14,992 nt of DNA from a virus (lineage: Duplodnaviria; Heunggongvirae; Uroviricota; Caudoviricetes): the IMG/VR virus record IMGVR_UViG_3300002461_001191; one strand, given 5' to 3'. This document shows, piece by piece, positions 1 through 7,727 of the stretch. The notes beneath the pieces are model-generated. The model had not been told where the DNA came from. It saw only the letters and a program-made list of their open reading frames with translations, and made no database searches. Made by a program: the position numbers and the translations under genes. The first letter of the stretch is position 1, and every line of letters begins with the position of its first letter.

Positions 1-651
1 ATGAAAAATATTCTAGATAAAATATTTGTTGAAAATAGATTTCATTTGTCAGATTTAATAAATGATGAGATTAAATTAAACGGAGATGAATGTAATTTAA
101 ATCATATAGATGTTTCTAATATTACAGATATGGAGAGATTATTTGATAATTCCAAATTTAATGGAAACATATCACAATGGAATGTTTCAAAAGTTGAAAA
201 TATGTCATATATGTTTTGTAGTGCAAAATTTAATGCTGATATTAGTAATTGGGATGTATCTAATGTTAACGATATGAGCAGTATGTTCGCTTTTTCTAAA
301 TTCAATTGTAACATATCAAAATGGAATGTTAGTGGTGCTAAAGAGATGTTCGGTATGTTTGCTGGTTCTGATTTTAACCATGACATCTCAAATTGGAATA
401 TTTCTAATGTTGAAGAAATGGACGGTATGTTTTCTGGGAGTAAATTTCAAGGTGATATATCAAATTGGAAGCCATATAATTTAGAAAGTATTGGAAATAT
501 TTTTGAAAATTGTAAAGCACCAGTCCCTTACTGGGCTACCTATGAAAATATAGACTTACGAAGAAAAGCTATTAATTCTTATAATTTAGCAAAAAATTTA
601 AATAAAGAATTAAATAATTCTAATATCATAAATAAAAAAATAAAGGTATGA
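1..651 (+). CDS. DUF285 / BspA-like repeat protein (216 aa), no signal peptide, basic C-terminal tail
   Basis: Four complete 24-aa repeats of type FNxDISxWNVSxVxxMxxMFxxSK plus partial flanking units, typical of DUF285. N-cap [29 protein letters not shown] is shared with the next gene. ATG is at base 1, so the start cannot be checked against upstream sequence. Confidence 0.9.
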   Translation: MKNILDKIFVENRFHLSDLINDEIKLNGDECNLNHIDVSNITDMERLFDNSKFNGNISQWNVSKVENMSYMFCSAKFNADISNWDVSNVNDMSSMFAFSKFNCNISKWNVSGAKEMFGMFAGSDFNHDISNWNISNVEEMDGMFSGSKFQGDISNWKPYNLESIGNIFENCKAPVPYWATYENIDLRRKAINSYNLAKNLNKELNNSNIINKKIKV

Positions 652-720
652 AGATAAAATCATCTGCTTTTATAATTTAATTATTATGGTAAAATATGTT
701 AAAAATAAAAGAATAAAAAT

Positions 721-1341
721 ATGAAATTACAAATGATTAAAGGATATATCACAGAATTAAGTAATCAAATTTTTTGTAATGAAATTGTAGCTGAAAATAA
801 AGACCATTTAAAAAAGTTAATTACAAAAGAAATTAAGCTTAAAGGAAATCGCTGCAATTTAAATCATATTAATGTTTCTAATATAACGGATATGAGTTCA
901 TTATTTGAGCATTCTCAATTTGATGGAGATATTTCTAAATGGGATGTTTCAAAAGTTAAATTTATGAATTTAATGTTTGAGTCATCATCCTTTAATGGTG
1001 ACATTTCTATGTGGAATGTTTCAAATGTAGAAAATATGAGCTTCTTATTTTCAAGCTCTAAATTTAATGGAGATATATCCAAATGGAATGTATCTAATGT
1101 AAATAATATGAAATATATGTTTGATAAATCCAAATTTAATAATGATTTATCTAATTGGCAACCATACAAATCAGATAATATATACAATGCTTTTAAAAAT
1201 TGTCCTGCACCAATTCCTTATTGGGCTGAATATGAAGAACAAGAGGAAAGAATTAGAGCGATTAACTCATATCAATTAAATAATAAGTTAAATGAAGATT
1301 TAAATATAAATAATAGCTCATCTAAAAAAATAAAAATATAA
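721..1341 (+). CDS. DUF285 / BspA-like repeat protein, tandem paralog (206 aa)
   Basis: Three complete 24-aa DUF285 repeats. Same N-cap and C-cap (NWxPY, PxPYWAxYE, RxxAINSY) as 1..651. Ends SSSKKIKI. Confidence 0.9.
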   Translation: MKLQMIKGYITELSNQIFCNEIVAENKDHLKKLITKEIKLKGNRCNLNHINVSNITDMSSLFEHSQFDGDISKWDVSKVKFMNLMFESSSFNGDISMWNVSNVENMSFLFSSSKFNGDISKWNVSNVNNMKYMFDKSKFNNDLSNWQPYKSDNIYNAFKNCPAPIPYWAEYEEQEERIRAINSYQLNNKLNEDLNINNSSSKKIKI

Positions 1342-1360
1342 AAAAGGCAGAATTTTTGCC
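1341..1360 (-). terminator. Intrinsic terminator for the minus-strand DUF4031 unit
   Basis: Minus strand reads GGCAAAAATTCTGCC-TTTTTT: a short GGCA/TGCC-based stem followed by a U tract, directly after the stop at 1362. Confidence 0.55.
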
Positions 1361-1361
1361 A

Positions 1362-1709
1362 TTAATCTAATTTAGATTCTTTAATCTTTCTTCTTTCTTC
1401 CCTAAATTTTATTACCCACTCAACTGCCTCTTCATGCTTTCCTAGTTCTCCTGTAATTCTACGTCTGGTATTCATTGCTCCAGCTTGTCTCCAAGTTATC
1501 TCAATAGCTCCAAATTGAATTGCTAAAGCCTTTTTGGAAAGAGCAATATCATAGTGACTTCCTGATGTCTTCTCAGGACTTTGCCACCACTTTCGTTGCA
1601 CACCGATTTTATCAGCCATTTCATGGAGTTCCTGATCAGAATCGGCCAACATATGAACCATTCTCATTCGTCCATATGGTGCATTCATATCATCTACATA
1701 AACAGCCAT
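1362..1709 (-). CDS. DUF4031 domain protein (115 aa)
   Basis: MAVYVDD...YGRMxMxHMLAD...ELHxMAxxIGVxRKWxQ...SHYDI matches the DUF4031 pattern as I recall it. Confidence 0.85.
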   Translation of the reverse strand: MAVYVDDMNAPYGRMRMVHMLADSDQELHEMADKIGVQRKWWQSPEKTSGSHYDIALSKKALAIQFGAIEITWRQAGAMNTRRRITGELGKHEEAVEWVIKFREERRKIKESKLD

Positions 1710-1722
1710 TTGTTTCTTTCAA

Positions 1723-2088
1723 TTAAGAAGTGCAAAAATAAAGAACTTTTGGTTTTGACCAATTAAGATTATGAAATGTTTTAAATTTTTCTTCTTGATT
1801 AAGTGCATTAATGAATTCATGTGCACGAGACTCAAAAGCATCACTAACTTCAATGCTCATGTCTGTTTCAAAAGCAGCCCCTTCATAGAAACATTTATGA
1901 TCTGCTTTTTTATTCATAATCACAAAGGAATAATCACCTTCATCAAGACAATAGCGAGAGATTGCAACATTAAACTTTAATGCTAATTCAGTCATCTCTT
2001 GTTGTTGTTGATCATAATTATCCCAGTCTTCAGAATCTGAAAAATCTGCATGCACACATTGTGCTCCCCCAATATACAATGAACTCAT
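1723..2088 (-). CDS. Hypothetical protein (121 aa), acidic N-terminus
   Basis: Good RBS (AAAGGA) upstream of the ATG, own promoter, 13-bp gap to DUF4031. No recognised family. Confidence 0.7.
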   Translation of the reverse strand: MSSLYIGGAQCVHADFSDSEDWDNYDQQQQEMTELALKFNVAISRYCLDEGDYSFVIMNKKADHKCFYEGAAFETDMSIEVSDAFESRAHEFINALNQEEKFKTFHNLNWSKPKVLYFCTS

Positions 2089-2110
2089 TTTTAATTCCTT
2101 TAAAGATTAA

Positions 2111-2139
2111 ACTTTATTTTAAAATGAAAGTTTTTGCAA
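2111..2139 (-). promoter_or_regulatory. sigma70-type promoter for 1723..2088
   Basis: Minus strand TTGCAA-N17-TAAAGT. Confidence 0.45.
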
Positions 2140-2164
2140 GTTACTTTGAATTTTAAATTTTATT

Positions 2165-3058
2165 TTATTTAGAAACAACTTCTATTAGTTTCATAGACTC
2201 AAAGTTGGAATTTTCCCATACAACTTTACCATCTTTATAAGCAAGAGGGTAGCCACGTGGATTTGTAATAAGCCTTGAGTTCCCAATTTTTAAATCAATT
2301 GATTGGTGTGTATGTCCATGAATCCATATGTCTGCCATAGAAAACAATTCAGGTTGGTTTGAAGTAAAGCAGCAGTTAATCATCCAGCTTGGATTTTCTC
2401 CTGGAAGCTTGTCTTTAGAATTTAAGTATCTTGGATCAGAGCTATAAATGGGATGTATACTTTCTTTGATGGGGCCGTGGTGAGTCACAACAATCTTTTG
2501 TCCATCAAAGGGAAGTGAAAGTATATCTCTAATGATACCAGTTGCCTCTTTGTTGGCATCTATAGAATTTTGCGGAGAAAATAATCCCCATTCTCCGTTT
2601 CTTATGATTCTAAAATCATTGATATGAGCCGCAGATGCATTGATTGCTGAAACCACATCTGGAAGCCTTTTAGAGCCTAAATACAATTCAAAGTCTGTCC
2701 ACATCGTAGCACCAACGAATCTGACTTCATCTTTGTCAAAATGATTGTAAAGTCCTTCTTCATTGAATCCAAGAAGACATTTAACTCCACTTTTGTTATT
2801 GATGGCTCTTTTGATAAATTGTTTTTTAAGTTCAGTATAGTTTAAATTGTAAAACTCATGGTTTCCCGGCAACCAAATAACTTCTTTCCCAAATTTCTGT
2901 GCGATTGACTCAGCAAAGTCTAAAGATGCTTCTCCAACATCAATATCACCAGCAAGGATAACAACATCTGCTTCTGGTGATATTTCTGGAAATCCCATTC
3001 CAGCAGGAGCTTTTCTAAAAAACTCTAAATGCAAGTCTGACAGTATTTGTATTTTCAT
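2165..3058 (-). CDS. Calcineurin-like metallophosphoesterase (297 aa), phage/plasmid type
   Basis: All five motifs are present: SDLHLE, AGDID, PGNHEFY, VTHHGP and HGHTH, plus a terminal NPRGY. Confidence 0.92.
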   Translation of the reverse strand: MKIQILSDLHLEFFRKAPAGMGFPEISPEADVVILAGDIDVGEASLDFAESIAQKFGKEVIWLPGNHEFYNLNYTELKKQFIKRAINNKSGVKCLLGFNEEGLYNHFDKDEVRFVGATMWTDFELYLGSKRLPDVVSAINASAAHINDFRIIRNGEWGLFSPQNSIDANKEATGIIRDILSLPFDGQKIVVTHHGPIKESIHPIYSSDPRYLNSKDKLPGENPSWMINCCFTSNQPELFSMADIWIHGHTHQSIDLKIGNSRLITNPRGYPLAYKDGKVVWENSNFESMKLIEVVSK

Positions 3059-3082
3059 AAATTTACTCTAACAATTTTTTTA

Positions 3083-3598
3083 TCAAAATCTATAGCCTAA
3101 AGTGACCCATACAAACCCTGATGCATTTTTACTTTTGATTGTAGGCAGTAAGGATGCATTGATGTTCCAATTGTCTGTAAGGTGGATTTTTGTGGTCAAT
3201 AGTGGACCCGCAAACCAACCGTTGTTGGATAGGCTCAATTGTTTGTATCCGTTTGCTGCGATTAACCTGACACCAACCTCAACTCTATCATGTATTGGAT
3301 ATGTTATGTTGTATGAAATGTAGAGAGACTCTTTTCTGTATGAATTTCTTCCTGCTCCAATTTCAACACTTTCGTTCCATGATGCTATTTTATCCACTCC
3401 ACAAGCAAACCCAATTCCTGGGTTTATTTCATTATACCCAAACTCTTGAGCATATCTACCATTGTTTTTAAAGTGTTTTGTAAATCCACTTATGACAATC
3501 TCTTTACTTGAGCAAATACTGTCTAAATTTGATGCTGAAACATATGCACTTGAAGATAATAGTAAAATAGAGGTAAGAATTTTTTTTATATTAAACAT
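3083..3598 (-). CDS. Secreted outer-membrane beta-barrel protein, PagP-like (171 aa)
   Basis: Start revised from 3691 to ATG 3598 (AAGGTG RBS; the promoter lies inside the longer ORF). Signal peptide MFNIKKILTSILLLSSSAYVSA. Motifs KHF...YNEINPGIGF and RNSYRKESLY resemble PagP H...YNERPWG and KDSWNKWEP. Terminal LGYRF fits a BAM beta-signal. Confidence 0.6.
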   Translation of the reverse strand: MFNIKKILTSILLLSSSAYVSASNLDSICSSKEIVISGFTKHFKNNGRYAQEFGYNEINPGIGFACGVDKIASWNESVEIGAGRNSYRKESLYISYNITYPIHDRVEVGVRLIAANGYKQLSLSNNGWFAGPLLTTKIHLTDNWNINASLLPTIKSKNASGFVWVTLGYRF

Positions 3599-3622
3599 GT
3601 TCACCTTTTTGATAAAGATAGG

Positions 3623-3651
3623 ATTATAGCTCGTGTTATTAAAATATGCAA
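3623..3651 (-). promoter_or_regulatory. sigma70-type promoter for the PagP-like gene (and probably the phosphoesterase)
   Basis: Minus strand TTGCAT-N17-TATAAT. Confidence 0.7.
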
Positions 3652-3680
3652 GGATTTGTAAGTTTAGAAGATTTTTTTCT

Positions 3681-3696
3681 TTATAAATCAAAGGTT
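3681..3696. repeat. 16-bp direct repeat, copy 1 (TTATAAATCAAAGGTT)
   Basis: Identical to 4555..4570. One mismatch to the IHF consensus WATCAANNNNTTR. Confidence 0.6.
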
Positions 3697-3747
3697 ATTG
3701 AACAATATGAGTAATATATGTTTAGTATTTTTAATACATGGAAAAAT

Positions 3748-4404
3748 TTAAATTTTAGGGATATTTCTGTTCTTTGTTGAACTGGTTTGATCTAAAATTA
3801 TTTTTTCTTCCCTATTAAGTTGAATGATTGAATCATTTAAGTTATTAGTTTTGATAATGTGATCTTTATACAAATCTCTTTTGTAATAGCTTTCATTCAA
3901 ATCTATCCAGACTGATTGATGATTTAAACCGTTTTGGCAATCTATGATATTGTGTAAATTGTCTTCAAAGAATATATCTGGTGATAATGCCTTAATGAAT
4001 GGTCTTTTAGATTCTCCAAGTGGGACACAGAAGAGTTGCTCTTTTGATATTTTATCATCAAATATTTGATTTAGATTATTGAGTCTGTCTTCAAATAAGT
4101 GAACTGGAAGTGATGTGACAAAGAATACTTCAAATTGACTATCAAGTACTATTTTCTTTCCTAAATCTGTATGGGGCATCTCTTGAATATTTCTCCATCT
4201 TAAGTGACGTTCAAAAGAGTCTTTAAAGATGTGGAAGTTTTTCTCTACAAAATCATGATCAAATCTTTCACTTAGATTATACTGCTTGGTACAATACTCT
4301 TTTTTTCTATCTATATCATGATATTCTGTTATGTGCTCACTTATTTCTTGTAAGAAATTAACAAAGATACCATCTACATCAAAAACAATTCTTTTTTTAC
4401 TCAT
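3748..4404 (-). CDS. HAD-superfamily hydrolase, 5'(3')-nucleotidase-like (218 aa), with an added C-terminal tail
   Basis: Motif I FDVDG, motif II VTS, motif IV FEDN. Start revised from TTG 4458 to ATG 4404 (GAGG RBS about 7 nt upstream). Confidence 0.8.
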   Translation of the reverse strand: MSKKRIVFDVDGIFVNFLQEISEHITEYHDIDRKKEYCTKQYNLSERFDHDFVEKNFHIFKDSFERHLRWRNIQEMPHTDLGKKIVLDSQFEVFFVTSLPVHLFEDRLNNLNQIFDDKISKEQLFCVPLGESKRPFIKALSPDIFFEDNLHNIIDCQNGLNHQSVWIDLNESYYKRDLYKDHIIKTNNLNDSIIQLNREEKIILDQTSSTKNRNIPKI

Positions 4405-4480
4405 TTTGTGCCTCTTAAATCCATACACATATCTTATATTATTATTTTTATTTTTCAAAAATATAAGTAATTTTTCTCTG

Positions 4481-4528
4481 TAGTCAGAATTGATTCTAAC
4501 TATTTAGTTTCTTAATATACTAAATAGT
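4481..4528. repeat. Two overlapping inverted repeats
   Basis: TAGTCAGAAT-TG-ATTCTAACTA at 4481-4502 (9/10 arm match) and ACTATTTAGT-N10-ACTAAATAGT at 4499-4528 (perfect 10-bp arms). They share 4 nt. Confidence 0.55.
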
Positions 4529-4554
4529 AATTATTTATTGAATGTAAAAAATCC

Positions 4555-4572
4555 TTATAAATCAAAGGTTTA
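4555..4572. repeat. 16-bp direct repeat, copy 2; contains an IHF consensus
   Basis: TTATAAATCAAAGGTT(TA). AATCAA-AGGT-TTA at 4560-4572 fits WATCAANNNNTTR exactly. Confidence 0.55.
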
Positions 4573-4628
4573 TATATTGTCTGAATATTACAAATTAGTA
4601 ATCATTGAGGTTTTCATATGTTCTATGG

Positions 4629-4657
4629 TTGACATAAGCAATTGTTTATACTAATAT
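4629..4657 (+). promoter_or_regulatory. sigma70 promoter for the DUF4148 gene
   Basis: TTGACA-N17-TAATAT. Confidence 0.65.
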
Positions 4658-4659
4658 TG

Positions 4660-4680
4660 GTGCATTGCACAATATGTGCA
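4660..4680. promoter_or_regulatory. TGCA-rich double dyad, putative repressor operator
   Basis: GTGCA-T-TGCAC overlaps TGCACA-ATA-TGTGCA, right at the predicted transcription start, and is GC-rich in an AT-rich background. Confidence 0.5.
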
Positions 4681-4713
4681 TAATTCATTTATTTAACTAG
4701 AAAGGAAATTAAA

Positions 4714-5190
4714 ATGAAATCAATCAATAAATTCAAGTTAGCAGGTATCGTGGTTGCAGCAATGATGAGTTCACAGGCTTTCGCTATGGCAGAAGCTCCA
4801 AAAACAAGAGCACAAGTCAAAGCAGAATTGGCTGAAGCACAAAGAAATGGTGATATCATTGCTGATGGTGAAACAGGTATGACTCTTAGACAAATGTTCC
4901 CAGGAAATTATCCGGCAGTTGCGCAAGTAGCTGGTAAGACAAGAGCACAAGTTCAGGCAGAGTTGGCAGAAGCAGTTAGAAATGGTGACATTCTTGCTGG
5001 TGGAGAAACAGGTATGACTCTTAGAGAAATGAATCCATCAAAGTATCCAGCAAAAGAAATGACTGCTGAAGTAAAGACAAGAGCACAAGTTAGAGCAGAG
5101 TTAGCTTTAGCAATCAAGAATGGTGATATCATTGTTGATGGTGAAACTGGTAGAACTCAAAGAGAATTGTTCCCACACCTTTACAAGTAA
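4714..5190 (+). CDS. Secreted DUF4148 triple-repeat protein (158 aa)
   Basis: Signal peptide ending ...SQAFA. Three copies of KTRAQVxAELAxAxxNGDIxxxGETG, the DUF4148 pattern. RBS AAAGGAAA. Confidence 0.85.
   Translation: MKSINKFKLAGIVVAAMMSSQAFAMAEAPKTRAQVKAELAEAQRNGDIIADGETGMTLRQMFPGNYPAVAQVAGKTRAQVQAELAEAVRNGDILAGGETGMTLREMNPSKYPAKEMTAEVKTRAQVRAELALAIKNGDIIVDGETGRTQRELFPHLYK
4801..5187 (+). repeat. Three intragenic tandem repeats
   Basis: Units start at 4801, 4936 and 5074 (135 and 138 bp periods) and are recognisably similar at DNA level. Confidence 0.85.
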
Positions 5191-5226
5191 TTAAGTAATT
5201 TTTCAGTTTTGTTTGTTTATGTGAAG

Positions 5227-6084
5227 TCAGTTAGTAGAAATGCTAACTGACTTTTTCAATGGAAAAACGATCAGTTCCTCATTTGTATTTTGATTTATTG
5301 TATCTAAATAAAAATTTATAGATTGAGTTTCTTTAAATTTTAATAATAGATTATTTATTTTGATGTATGAATCTTCCCAATCATTTATCCATAACTCCCT
5401 TTTTTCATTATATGATACTATGGTTTTTTCTGATTCATATAGTTTTTCTATATATTGCTTATTTTCTCTTAGTTCTCTTCTTCTTGAGATTACATTATTA
5501 ATATTTTCAGGCCAATTATTTGGATCAAGATTAAATAAGTTAGTATTTTTTTCTTTATGAAATCTATCAATATCTTCTTGTAGTGTTGTATTATAATACA
5601 TCCCAAATGATGTTTTCTTATACTTTTTATTATTAAAAATATCATGTATGAAAAAATTAGCCCATAAAGGAGAGAAAGTTTTTCTATATAAATCCTCATC
5701 AAAGAAATATATAACAACTTCACTCATAATGGATGCATATAGTTCGTTCTCGTTTAATAAACTAGACCAGTCATCATAACTTATATTGTTTTTGGGTTCA
5801 TAATTTATAAGATGACATAACTCGTGAAAATAATATAAATCTTGTATATATTTGTTTTCATATGTTCTATAAGATATTAATCTGAAAAATGATGTCAGAT
5901 GATTTTTTTGTTTATTACTTTTTGCTTCATGAAAAAACAATGGAAGTTCTGATATCTTTTTTATCATATTTTTAAAAAATAGATTTTTATTATGTAAATT
6001 TCTAAATGTTTGTGTAGACCATAGATTATATATGAACGATTCTATATCTGCTTTATCAATAACATCAACAACCATGTAATTCAT
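5227..6084 (-). CDS. HExxH-motif protein, putative gluzincin-like metalloenzyme (285 aa)
   Basis: DLYYFHELCHL followed about 20 residues later by NENELYAS (candidate third ligand Glu). The start overlaps the upstream stop as ATGA. Confidence 0.6.
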   Translation of the reverse strand: MNYMVVDVIDKADIESFIYNLWSTQTFRNLHNKNLFFKNMIKKISELPLFFHEAKSNKQKNHLTSFFRLISYRTYENKYIQDLYYFHELCHLINYEPKNNISYDDWSSLLNENELYASIMSEVVIYFFDEDLYRKTFSPLWANFFIHDIFNNKKYKKTSFGMYYNTTLQEDIDRFHKEKNTNLFNLDPNNWPENINNVISRRRELRENKQYIEKLYESEKTIVSYNEKRELWINDWEDSYIKINNLLLKFKETQSINFYLDTINQNTNEELIVFPLKKSVSISTN

Positions 6085-7049
6085 ATGTTTGATCTAATCA
6101 GTTGTTCAATTTTTGGTGACATACATACTCTAATCATGCATGATTCAGGATTTCTGATGAATTCTTTTTGCCAAGGATATTCATCTATATTTTTTACAAC
6201 ATTACCTAATAAGAATACGTCTGAATTAATAATGTTTATATTGAGTTCTTTTTGTAAGAGAAGGTTGGCTTTTTTCTGTAATTGATATAATTCACTATGG
6301 TATTCATCAATTGTATTTTCAGATAAAAGAGCTTTACCAAATTCAATCGAATGTATATTTTTAAACCATTGATTTCCATATAATAGTGGGTTTTCTTCTG
6401 TAAGCATAACACCACCGATTCTGTGATAATAGACACCAAATGCCTTTGAAAGACTCCAAAATATACCTTTTATACAATCATATCCTGATACATCTAATTT
6501 TTGTTCTTGTCTGGCTGCTCCTATGTAGCATATATCCAGAAACACATCTATTTCATTAATTTCACATTGATTTAAGAAGTTATATATATGACTCCAAAAG
6601 TATCCATCTATTGATGATGGGTTACTTATAAAAAATACATCAGTGTCTTTATTAAGTTTTGATATTTCTTTTGTTATTTCATGAAAGTCATTATGTTTGT
6701 TTATTTTAAGTATTGGCATATTTATTGATGATGCTATTGCTTCATAACCTTCATATTCCCCCTTGAATACGACAAGTCTTTTGCCTTTTGTGTTCAAATA
6801 CACTATTTGTTCTCTTATCGCTTCAGAGCTTCCTGCTGTTGGATATTTCTTATTTAGTTTTTGATTGAATTCAAATTTACTTTTAACCCACAATTCCCAG
6901 TTTTCTTGTAATTCAATGTGAAGGCTGTCTTGTTTTTTAGTCCATGCTCCTTGAAATAGGTGGGAAATATCTTTTTCTCTAAATGCTTTAAATGATTTTT
7001 CTGTATGTGGAAAACATATTGTATAGACTGTTCTGGTAATTTGATTCAT
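6081..7049 (-). CDS. PLP-dependent fold-type I enzyme, aminotransferase class I/II-like (322 aa)
   Basis: FISNPSSIDG (NP motif), FLDICY (Asp contacting the pyridine N), SLSKAFGVYYHRIG (SxSK Schiff-base Lys and RxG) and a C-terminal Arg in MIRVCMS. Confidence 0.8.
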   Translation of the reverse strand: MNQITRTVYTICFPHTEKSFKAFREKDISHLFQGAWTKKQDSLHIELQENWELWVKSKFEFNQKLNKKYPTAGSSEAIREQIVYLNTKGKRLVVFKGEYEGYEAIASSINMPILKINKHNDFHEITKEISKLNKDTDVFFISNPSSIDGYFWSHIYNFLNQCEINEIDVFLDICYIGAARQEQKLDVSGYDCIKGIFWSLSKAFGVYYHRIGGVMLTEENPLLYGNQWFKNIHSIEFGKALLSENTIDEYHSELYQLQKKANLLLQKELNINIINSDVFLLGNVVKNIDEYPWQKEFIRNPESCMIRVCMSPKIEQLIRSNI

Positions 7050-7104
7050 TTTTTTTATCTCGTTTTTAAAATTTTAAGCTATTTTTTTTAAAATTCAAAT
7101 TTTA

Positions 7105-7132
7105 TTGATTATTTTTTCATTAGTTGTATGAT
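7105..7132 (+). promoter_or_regulatory. Possible sigma70 promoter for 7155..7706
   Basis: TTGATT-N16-TATGAT. Confidence 0.4.
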
Positions 7133-7154
7133 TGTGTAAGAAAAGAGGAAAAGT

Positions 7155-7706
7155 ATGAACAAATCAGCATTTATTTTAAGTTTTTTAATGTTTCTGTCCC
7201 CAGTATTTGCGATGCCTGATGGAAAGGTAAATAAGTCAGCCAATGAAATACATGTTTTATCTGATCCAACTGTATTGACTGATTTAGGTATAGAGCAAAA
7301 GGATTTATCCAGATATATAAATTCAGTTGAAACGATATTTAAAGATGAATTCAAAGGCGAGAGAATAATTAAAAAAGATAAAGGTGTACTGTTGGAGTTG
7401 TCCATATACCCTATAAGAGAAGAAAATCCGATGGTGTGTGAGAAAAATTATAAAAACTGTGTGATGATGGAGCTTAAAAATACGATTGTGGGTGGTGTAG
7501 ATTCACAGAGCATGGAAGCATTTGGCAAAAAGCTCATGGAAGTTGATGAGGTGAAAGTTATTAATAACCGAAGTCAATCAAAGCTCAATATTGTTTTGTA
7601 TTTGAATTTATCAAAGACTCCAAGTGGTTTGAATTTTAAAGTCTTAAAGCCTACTGTAAAACCAAGTGGAAAAAAAGGTGAAGAAGATTATTTGAAAAAT
7701 GCTTGA
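7155..7706 (+). CDS. Secreted/periplasmic hypothetical protein (183 aa)
   Basis: Signal peptide MNKSAFILSFLMFLSPVFA, RBS AGAGGA, two Cys (CEKNYKNC). No family recognised. Confidence 0.7.
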   Translation: MNKSAFILSFLMFLSPVFAMPDGKVNKSANEIHVLSDPTVLTDLGIEQKDLSRYINSVETIFKDEFKGERIIKKDKGVLLELSIYPIREENPMVCEKNYKNCVMMELKNTIVGGVDSQSMEAFGKKLMEVDEVKVINNRSQSKLNIVLYLNLSKTPSGLNFKVLKPTVKPSGKKGEEDYLKNA

Positions 7707-7727
7707 ACCTTAGCATTGGTAGTAGGA

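Noticed and set aside
102-1187. Minus-strand ORFs 102..386 and 915..1187
   Set aside because: Antisense shadows of the DUF285 repeats; their periodicity simply mirrors the 72-bp repeat, and I see no RBS.
1-1341. DUF285 variability as a diversity-generating retroelement target
   Set aside because: No reverse transcriptase or template repeat in the window, and no evident restriction of changes to adenines.
1520-1980. Plus-strand ORFs 1520..1726, 1581..1766 and 1771..1980
   Set aside because: Antisense to better-supported minus-strand genes, with no motifs.
2109-2133. Bulged palindrome ACTTTATTTT/AAAATGAAAGT over a promoter
   Set aside because: Almost all A/T, so likely by chance at this composition.
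3599-3691. 31-aa N-terminal extension of the barrel protein in the ORF track
   Set aside because: It contains the gene's own TTGCAT-N17-TATAAT promoter and would bury the signal peptide.
4801-5187. Regularly spaced DNA repeats as a possible CRISPR array
   Set aside because: They are in-frame, degenerate at third positions and encode DUF4148 units; there are no unique spacers or cas genes.
5360-6439. Short alternative ORFs 5360..5560, 5490..5723, 6085..6285 and 6236..6439
   Set aside because: Fully nested in the HExxH and PLP genes, with composition typical of AT-rich off-frame reading.
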